Shown: positions 56,317-64,000 of the stretch, one piece after another | How the letters are laid out: every line of letters starts with the position of its first letter | How positions within the stretch are numbered: the stretch's first letter is position 1 | Assembly: GCA_951406725.2 (NCBI GenBank) | Contig: OX597843.1 | Location: forward strand, 4,402,001-4,466,000 | Reading direction: 5' to 3' | DNA length: 64,000 nucleotides | Origin: Octopus vulgaris | Lineage: Eukaryota | The notes under the pieces: generated by a model | The model's input: the letters and a program-made list of their open reading frames with translations, nothing else | What the model was told of the DNA's origin: nothing | The model's database searches: none | Made by a program: the position numbers and the translations under genes

Positions 56317-56989
56317 TGGGCCAATTGCACCTCCACACCTGGGTTGGATATGGCCAGTTTAAATGCAAATGGGTTAATTGTGCATGTTCTTTGAAATCTT
56401 AAAAACTTTTTGACAACACAACGAAACAAATTTCATTACAATTTTATTTTAACTCAAAAATTAAATTCATTTTCAATCAATTTTTTTAATGTTTTTTTTT
56501 GTCTTGGTTGAATATGTAACAAAAAGTAAACTTCCTTTTTTTGTTTTTTTGCATGTTAGTATTTTGGTTGGGGCAGTGAAGTTTCCAGAAAATATTTATG
56601 TAGGGGGTCTATCTCTTTCATACCCCAAACTCTTATTTTCAGGGGTGGTGGCCAGAGCAGGGTGGGTTAGAAAGAGATGTACAAAATCCTGAGACTGGAG
56701 GGGTTTTGTTTTTTGTTTTGTTGTTTTGTTTTACGATGTTTCTTTTTCGTTTTTTTTTTTTGTTATATTTAAAAAATTTTTTTTTTGAAAGAAAAAAATA
56801 TTTATTTTAAAAACTTTCTCCAGTTCCATGAGACAAGAAAGCTGACACCTTTTTAGAAATTTTTTTAGGTGGTTGTAGTGGCGGCGGTAAAGTTCACTGC
56901 TCGACAAAAAAAAAAAAAAAAAAAAAATTGAAAAATAAATAATAACAGTTCCGCTGTTGATTCTGTGACTGAAGTTCATTCATGCGTAA

Positions 56990-58098
56990 AGATAGTATCA
57001 CAGGCTGGGAAATACATAGTACCATAAGCGCAGGGTACCATGGACACAAGATACACCAGGCTTGTATTGGTAAATGGTACCACAAGATCATATGAACACA
57101 GAATGACATGGATATCATGTACCACATGCTAGAATACAGTCAAGGTACCACAGAGTGATGTGAATGTGTGGTATCACAAATTAGTTTATAATCAGTGTAC
57201 CACTGGTTTATAATCTACACAATGTACCACAGGCTAGTTTACAATCAAGGTGCCATAAGCTAGAATCCACTTAAGGTACCACAGACTGCTATGAAAGTGT
57301 GGTACAAGCTAGTATACAATCAGGGTATCACTGATTTATTCTGAACGCAATGTACCATGAACTACTTTGATCAAGGTACCACAAGCTAGTATATGATCAA
57401 GGTACCAGAGGGTGATATGAACACAATGTACCACAAGCTAGTATACGATTGAGGTACCACAGGATGACATGGATATAATATACACAAGCTAGTGTACAAT
57501 CGAGGTACCATAGGGTGGTTTGAATGTATAGTGGTACACAATCAGGGTACCTCTGGTGTATCAATTATGAACACAATGCACTACAAGCTAATATACAATC
57601 AAGGTACCACTGAGTATACAATGAAGGTACCACTGAGTATACAGTCAAGGTACCACTGAGTATACAGTCAAGGTACCACTGAGTATACAATCAAGGTACC
57701 ACTGAGTATACAATCAAGGTACCACTGAGTATACAGTCAAGGTACCACTGAGTATACAATCAAGGTACCACAGAGTATACAATCAAGGTACCACTGAGTA
57801 TACAATTGAGGTACCACTGAGTATACAGTCAAGGTACCACTGAGTATACAATTGAGGTATCACTGAGTATACAGTCAAGGTACCACTGAGTGTAGTCCAG
57901 GTACCACTGAGTATACAGTCAAGGTACCACTGAGTATACAATCAAGGTACCACAGAGTATACAATCAAGGTACCAATGAGTATACAATTGAAGGTACCAC
58001 TGAGTATACAGTCAAGGTACCACTGAGTATACAATCAAGGTACCACTGAGTATACAGTCAAGGTACCACTGAGTATACAATTGAGGTACCACTGAGTG
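56990..58098. repeat. 23-bp minisatellite, homogeneous over 57592-58098 and decayed to the left
   Basis: TCAAGGTACCACTGAGTATACAA/G, ~22 clean copies. Confidence 0.93.
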
Positions 58099-58248
58099 AT
58101 ATAAGCACAAAGTACCTCAGGCAAAGCTTGAGTGAAGGCCATTGATGGACATATCCAGGATGATCTTAGTCATGGGTATGCTGAGTACAAGGAAGGCCTA
58201 GGGTTAAATGGCATTCTTTTGATTCACAATTCTTTGAAGTACCAAACT

Positions 58249-61200
58249 TCAGATCCTGAATTCTAATCCTGCTAAATCTTGTCTTTGGCAGCAATTATAG
58301 TGGAGGAACTGGTCATTTGAGTTTTTGTGGAGGGCGACCAGTGCGGTGTGAGACCGCAGATGGACCCGGTATACTGATTCGTTTAAGTAGATCTTCCCAC
58401 ATTCGGCACAGCTGTGGAAAGTGAGACCAGCCTCGGCAATCGAGAACAGGGACGACGCGTAGTCGTAGGAGACGGTGGCCACCTGGCGGTCGTCCGACGG
58501 GTTTTGCTGGTGCGAGTTCTCAAACACAAACGTGCCCATGTTTTCGGCCCTGACCAAAGGGTCGGTCGTTGCACTGCTGTCGGCTGCGGTGGCGTATCTG
58601 AATTCCATCACCTGCACTGCTTGGATGTCTGATGCCGACTGCCCGCCTCCGTCTTGGTTATCGACACCGGTGGGAGCGGGGAGGAAGGATTGGATGCACT
58701 CATGGACGTCTTGCACTTGGACATTGGGCATTGACTTCACACACCGGATGTCGTCAACTTGTACTCCAGGTAAAGCTTCCATGCACTGGACATCTTCTAC
58801 ATGTACCTCGGCCACAGACTGCCCACCAGGCATAACAGGGAGAGCTTCGATGCACTGGACGTCTGCTGCTTGCATCGTCTCCATACCTTCCATATTTTGA
58901 ACCAGTTGCACTCCAGCGACGGATGGCATGCACTGCACATTGTGCAGCTGCATAGTTTGATGTGATTGGCTTGACCGATCAGTGGTCACAGGTGTGTAAC
59001 ACTTCATGCTCTGCATGGACACCACCGGCATGCACTCGCCCTGATGTTGCACACCTGACTGCTGCACCCTGTGAAAATTCCCAGCTTCCGACAAGCAGAG
59101 GTCGGATGGGGTCATCGCTTCCAGATTCAGTTTTATGGTCTGATGCCGATACTGCTGTTGGGGCTGTGGCGCCGATGACATGGGGAGTCGGGGCACAACG
59201 TCAGACGGTGCCACCGGCGGCACCTGTTGAACTAACTGCGCCTCTGGCTCCGTTTCTCTTTCCACTGTACAAAGTGATACTAACGACGAAGGTGGCATCG
59301 TTACTAACGAACCGTCTGCAGCTGCCGATGTTGTTGTTGTTGTTGTTGACACAGGAACAGCTGTTGTTAATATACTTGTTGTAATGGTTCCTGTTGTTGT
59401 TGTTGTTGTTGTTGTTATGCACGTCGCTGCTGTTTTCAAATAGCTGTCATCGTCGTGGTTGTTGGTGGTGGTGTCGGCACCATTGTTGTCATCGTTGGCA
59501 GAGGTGGTGCCGGCGTTAGTGCTGGAGTTTTTGCAGTACTTATGGTCAAAGCCTTTCAACCGCGCATGGCCCCTCGTATGCCGGGCAAGGTGGCTGGACA
59601 CACGGAACGACTTGTCGCAGTGCTTGCACACGTACGGCTTTTCGCCGGTGTGCGTGCGCATGTGCTTGGTGAGGTAGCTGGAGCAGGAAAACGACTTGGA
59701 GCAGCAGATGCAGCAGAACGGCTTCTCCCCCGTGTGGCAGCGCCGGTGCACAGTGAGGCTCGTGGAGCGCGAGAACAACTTCTGGCAGATTTCGCAGCGA
59801 AACGGCTTCTCCCCCGTATGCGACCGCACATGCTTCGTGAGGTCGCTCTTGTGCGCAAACGACTTTGCGCACATCGAGCACGAAAAGGGCTTCTCACCTG
59901 TATGCACGCGCAGATGCGTCGCAAGCGTGCTCGGAGAGACAAACGTCTTCTGGCAGTATGTACACTTGATCGATGTATTGTTGGCGCCCCCGGAGAGATT
60001 ATTGTGATGCTGGTGTACCGACTTGGAATGGGCGAGCATCTCGGCGTTCACAGCGAACGAGGCATGGCACTGGCGGCACTCAAACAACTTTTTCTTCTCG
60101 CCTGTGTGGATGCGACGGTGGGCAGAGAGGCTGCCCGACTGCGAGAAGGTTTTCCCGCAGTGTGAGCACCTGTATGGCTTTTCACCTGTGTGTATTCTCA
60201 GGTGGCGCTGCAAATCGCAGCTTCGGCTGAATGACTTTGGACACCAGCTGCACGAGTGCCTACGCTGCTTATTTTGCTGCTGTTGTCGTTGTTGCGGCAG
60301 TGCAAGCGATGACGACGATGACAATGACACTGATGATGATGATGATGATAACAACGATGGTGTAGAAGTTGAAGATGACATTGTCATCATCGTCGTCACT
60401 CTTGTAGAATTCATCACAAGAGAGTCCATTTCCGGCACCGAAACCACCATCGATGACGGTTGAGAGCAGATGCCAGAAACAAAAAAGAGCTTCTTCACAA
60501 CTGCAGTGGGTGCAACTGCATCATCTTCGGGTGCAGCAAGTCCCTCCAGGGCCAACGTGTCACCCACATCAGACAACTTTATGCCTTTTTTTTTCAAAGA
60601 TAGAAAATCAGAAATCAAATTGTTGCTTTCTGCGTCTGTATTGTCCTGAGATTCGACAGGACTGCCAACGACAATGACATTTCTAGCCGTCAAGTCATCC
60701 TGATTAATATCGTCATCGTCAACACCGTCGTCGTTATTTGACGTGCCACCATTCTCAAAAACAACTTCAGAGGTGCCATCCACGCAAGAACTCTCCTCTC
60801 CAACGATGCCATCCACTACAGACGATGAAATACAAGGCAAGTTATTTACGATATTGGGCTTCAAGACATTGATGGTCACTGGCTGACCACCACTGCTGCC
60901 ATTATTATCCCCACCACCACCATTGTCATCATCATCATCATCATCATCGTCAACAACATATCCCTCGTAAGCATTGCCGGCTGCACTCACCTCCAAAGCA
61001 GTACCATCCGAGCCTTCAGGGATGACTGCAGATATGACAAACAAATCGGTCACGGAATCAGTGTTGGGGTTTGAAGACTCGTTGCACTGCGAGGCAATGC
61101 TGGAGCAACCATATTTGTCAGTGTCGCCGTTGTCAATGCTGTTGCTGTCGTTGTTGTTGTTGTTGCTGTTATTGTTGTCGTCGAGGCTGTCGGCGTTGGA

Positions 61201-61281
61201 GATGGCGCTCGGCAACAGAAAGTCTTCCTTCATCGCTCCGAAACAGATGTCAATGCTGTCAGCCGGCAGGACTGTCTCCAT
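58249..61281 (-). CDS. Intronless C2H2 zinc-finger protein, 1010 aa, 9 fingers
   Basis: Eight CxxC-x12-HxxxH-type fingers at ~59565-60260, mostly joined by TGEKP linkers, plus an isolated C-terminal finger CAECGKIYLNESVYRVHLRSH. Acidic low-complexity N-terminus. Confidence 0.93.
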   Translation of the reverse strand: METVLPADSIDICFGAMKEDFLLPSAISNADSLDDNNNSNNNNNDSNSIDNGDTDKYGCSSIASQCNESSNPNTDSVTDLFVISAVIPEGSDGTALEVSAAGNAYEGYVVDDDDDDDDDNGGGGDNNGSSGGQPVTINVLKPNIVNNLPCISSSVVDGIVGEESSCVDGTSEVVFENGGTSNNDDGVDDDDINQDDLTARNVIVVGSPVESQDNTDAESNNLISDFLSLKKKGIKLSDVGDTLALEGLAAPEDDAVAPTAVVKKLFFVSGICSQPSSMVVSVPEMDSLVMNSTRVTTMMTMSSSTSTPSLLSSSSSSVSLSSSSSLALPQQRQQQQNKQRRHSCSWCPKSFSRSCDLQRHLRIHTGEKPYRCSHCGKTFSQSGSLSAHRRIHTGEKKKLFECRQCHASFAVNAEMLAHSKSVHQHHNNLSGGANNTSIKCTYCQKTFVSPSTLATHLRVHTGEKPFSCSMCAKSFAHKSDLTKHVRSHTGEKPFRCEICQKLFSRSTSLTVHRRCHTGEKPFCCICCSKSFSCSSYLTKHMRTHTGEKPYVCKHCDKSFRVSSHLARHTRGHARLKGFDHKYCKNSSTNAGTTSANDDNNGADTTTNNHDDDSYLKTAATCITTTTTTTTGTITTSILTTAVPVSTTTTTTSAAADGSLVTMPPSSLVSLCTVERETEPEAQLVQQVPPVAPSDVVPRLPMSSAPQPQQQYRHQTIKLNLEAMTPSDLCLSEAGNFHRVQQSGVQHQGECMPVVSMQSMKCYTPVTTDRSSQSHQTMQLHNVQCMPSVAGVQLVQNMEGMETMQAADVQCIEALPVMPGGQSVAEVHVEDVQCMEALPGVQVDDIRCVKSMPNVQVQDVHECIQSFLPAPTGVDNQDGGGQSASDIQAVQVMEFRYATAADSSATTDPLVRAENMGTFVFENSHQQNPSDDRQVATVSYDYASSLFSIAEAGLTFHSCAECGKIYLNESVYRVHLRSHTALVALHKNSNDQFLHYNCCQRQDLAGLEFRI

Positions 61282-61439
61282 GTAGCGACGATGCGATGCG
61301 ATGCGATGTGGTGCTGCGTTTATGCGATGTCAATGGTGTGTTGTGAGATAGCGTTGTGTGGCAGTAGTGTTGTGTAGTTGAATTGGTGAGGGGTTCACTT
61401 CAACCCCCTTTACTGTTCTTCAGAAATGTGTTCACTAAG

Positions 61440-62180
61440 ATTAGTTTGAGTGACACTCCAGAAGTTTAAGTGATGACCCAGGAATTTGAGGAGTAGCATT
61501 CCTGGAGTTTGTGTTGTGTTCCAAGAATTTGAGTTTGAAGTGGTTTGCCAAAGGTTTGAGTGGCGCTCCAGGAGTTTGTATTATCTTTCCAAAATTTGAG
61601 TGGTGCTTCAGATGTTTGAATGGGGTACCCAGTTTTTGAGTGTTGCTCCAAGAATTTGTGTTGTCTTCCAAGAATTTGAGTGGTGTGCCAAGACTTGAGT
61701 GGTGCTCCAGATGTTTGAGTGGTGTGCCAAGACTTGAGTGGTGCTCCATACATTTGAGTGGTGTGTCAAGACTTGAGTGGTGCTCCAGATGTTTGAGTGA
61801 TGTTCCAAGAGTTTCAGTGGAGCTTCAAGAAATTGTGTAATGAGTCAGATATTTGAGTAGTGTTCCAGGAATTTGAGCAGCACTCTAGGAGTTGAGTGGC
61901 ATTCAAGAGCTTTTGTTGGGTTGAGTGGTGTTCCAAAATCGGAGTGGCGCTTCAGGAATTTGAGTAATGTATCAGGAGTTTGTACTTTGTTCAAAGAATT
62001 TGAGTGGTACTCCAAGAGGCTTTTAAGGGGTGCTTCAAAAGTTGGTATGATGTGCCAGGAACCTGAATGGGGTTCCAGGAATTTGAGTAGTACTCCAAAG
62101 TTTGAGCAATGTCTCAGAAGTTTGAGTGATACTCCAGAAGTTTGAGTAGCATTTCAGGAATTTGAGTGGTGTCTCAGTAG
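61440..62180. repeat. Degenerate ~20-bp minisatellite upstream of the zinc-finger ATG
   Basis: Recurring TTTGAGTGGTGTTCCAGGAA-like unit. Confidence 0.85.
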
Positions 62181-62297
62181 CTTGTGCTGACAACCGGACT
62201 TCGACTGGGCCAAAAAACACCTAGACGCCAAGAAAACATAAAACAAACATTAAAAAACATATATTCAAATCATGGATGTTTTGTTATTGTTATAAAT

Positions 62298-62331
<34 letters not shown>

Positions 62332-63348
62332 CACGTGATCACGTGACCGACCAGACCATCAGATGTTGTTACACATCGCTGGTCACAATGCGTTCACATT
62401 GCTTTTTAGCCTTCAAATGACGTCACCCCGCTGGCTAAGCGAGCAGAGGAAAGAGTGGTGAAAGAGTACAGCAGGGATCACCACCCCCTGCCGGAGCCTC
62501 GTGGAGCTTTTAGGTGTTTTTGCTCAATAAACACTCACAACGCCCGGTCTGGGAATCGAAACCGCGAGTCCACTGCCCTAACCACTGGGCCATTGTGCCT
62601 CCACCATATATATATATATATTCTTTCACTTGTTTCAGTTTTGGCTGCAGCAATGCTGGAGCACCCACTTAAGGGTAGTTTTCACCAAACAAATTGACCC
62701 GCTAGGGCTTATTCCTTGTAAGCCTAGTACTTATTGTATTGGTCTCTTTTGCCAAACCGCTAAGTTACAGAGACATAAACACACCAACACTGGTTGTCAA
62801 ATGATGGGGGGCAAACACAGACACAAACACATAGATATATATATGTATACATATATACGACAGGCTTCTTTCAGTTTCCGTCTACCAAATCCACTCACAA
62901 GGCTTTGGTTAGCCCGAGGCTATAGTAGATGACACTTGCCGAAGGTGCCACGCAGTGGGACTGCAAGCTTCTTACTACACAGCGACGCCTGCACTTATTC
63001 TTATCACACAGCAACACCTGTATATATCTGCCGAAATTGCGAGGATGATCCGGTGGCACGTAAAAAGCACCCACTACACTCACGGAGTGGTTGGCATTAG
63101 GAAGGGCATCCAGCTGTAGAAACATTGCCAGATAAGACCGGAGCCTGGTGCAGCCTTCTGGCTTCTCAGATCCTCGGCCAAACCGTCCAACCCATGCTAG
63201 CATGGAAAGCGGACGTTAAACGATGATGATGATGATGATGATCCGGTTCTTGACTGAAGATTGAAGGCTTCGAATGTCCCGTCCGTGTTTTTTGTATCGT
63301 CTTCTAAATGTTTTGCGTTCTTGTCCCAGTTTGTATTTTTTTACAAAT

Positions 63349-63383
<35 letters not shown>

Positions 63384-63401
63384 GATAAATTTAGATGAAT
63401 A

Positions 63402-63580
63402 CAGTGATCCCTCGTTTATCGCGGTAGATTGGTTCCGAGGCCGGCCGCGATAACTGAATTTCCGCGAAGTCGGGACACCATATTTACAGTATTTATTTAA
63501 CGTGTATTTGGACTTTTAAAACCCTTCCTGTACTGTTAACAACCCACCCATTACAGTAGTCTATTAATAACAAAGACGAC
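63402..63580 (+). mobile_element. Tigger/pogo-like MITE left end
   Basis: TA|CAGTGATCCCTCGTTTATCGCGG, the typical form of a Tigger terminus. Confidence 0.55.
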
Positions 63581-63582
63581 TG

Positions 63583-63810
63583 TTAACCCTTCAGTGTTCG
63601 CATTATTCTACCAAAGTTAATCCTTTTTCATCCACATTGCCTTGAACTAATCAGGCATTATCTTGTAGCTATGAGATTTTGATGAGGTAGCTGTTAATTT
63701 TTAAAACGATATTGTAGGGTTGGTGTGAGAGACCAGATCTGGCCAGTTTGACCATAAAACAGGCAGAATACTTTTGGCCAGATATGGTCAGTTTAAATGC
63801 TAAAGGGTCA
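63583..63810. mobile_element. piggyBac-like MITE
   Basis: TTAA-CCCTT at the left end and AAGGG-TCAA at the right end. Confidence 0.45.
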
Positions 63811-64000
63811 AGCAGTAACACTTTAGATTTAAAAAAATAAAGATTGTTCCTGTTACACAGGCCTGATTACAAAACAGAAAGCTGTGATTCGTCGTCTCTC
63901 TTCATTGCATCAATCACAGCCCGTCTAAAGTTCAAATACCCCTGTATACACCATGTTTTTCCACATGTGTCTTCGGAGGGATTCTGGCTGCTATATTTAA

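Noticed and set aside
57592-58098. CRISPR-like appearance of the 23-bp, 32-bp and 47-bp arrays
   Set aside because: Units are contiguous with no unique spacers, there are no cas genes and the context is eukaryotic.

Overview
AT-rich, microsatellite-saturated eukaryotic DNA. The repeat families and gene style suggest a coleoid cephalopod, most likely Octopus (inference, no search run). Three host genes are supported. (1) An intronless + strand class A GPCR-like ORF (~22.0-25.0 kb) with non-canonical signature motifs and a very large low-complexity third intracellular loop. (2) A 7-exon minus-strand CCDC74-like gene (44150->34212), invisible in the ORF track and rebuilt by hand from GT-AG junctions, with an apparent 1-nt frameshift in exon 4. 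(3) An intronless minus-strand 9-finger C2H2 zinc-finger gene (61281->58249) bracketed by minisatellites. The rest is SINEs (at least 4 families, some inserted as tandem multimers), RTE, CR1-type and R4/Dong LINE fragments, non-autonomous Helitrons, MITEs and simple repeats. The main hidden signal is at least seven type I hammerhead-ribozyme-like folds of several sequence families, the kind known from Penelope-like elements and retrozymes. Several sit inside long inverted repeats and two form a tandem pair. Nearly all other ORFs in the track are microsatellite or SINE artefacts.
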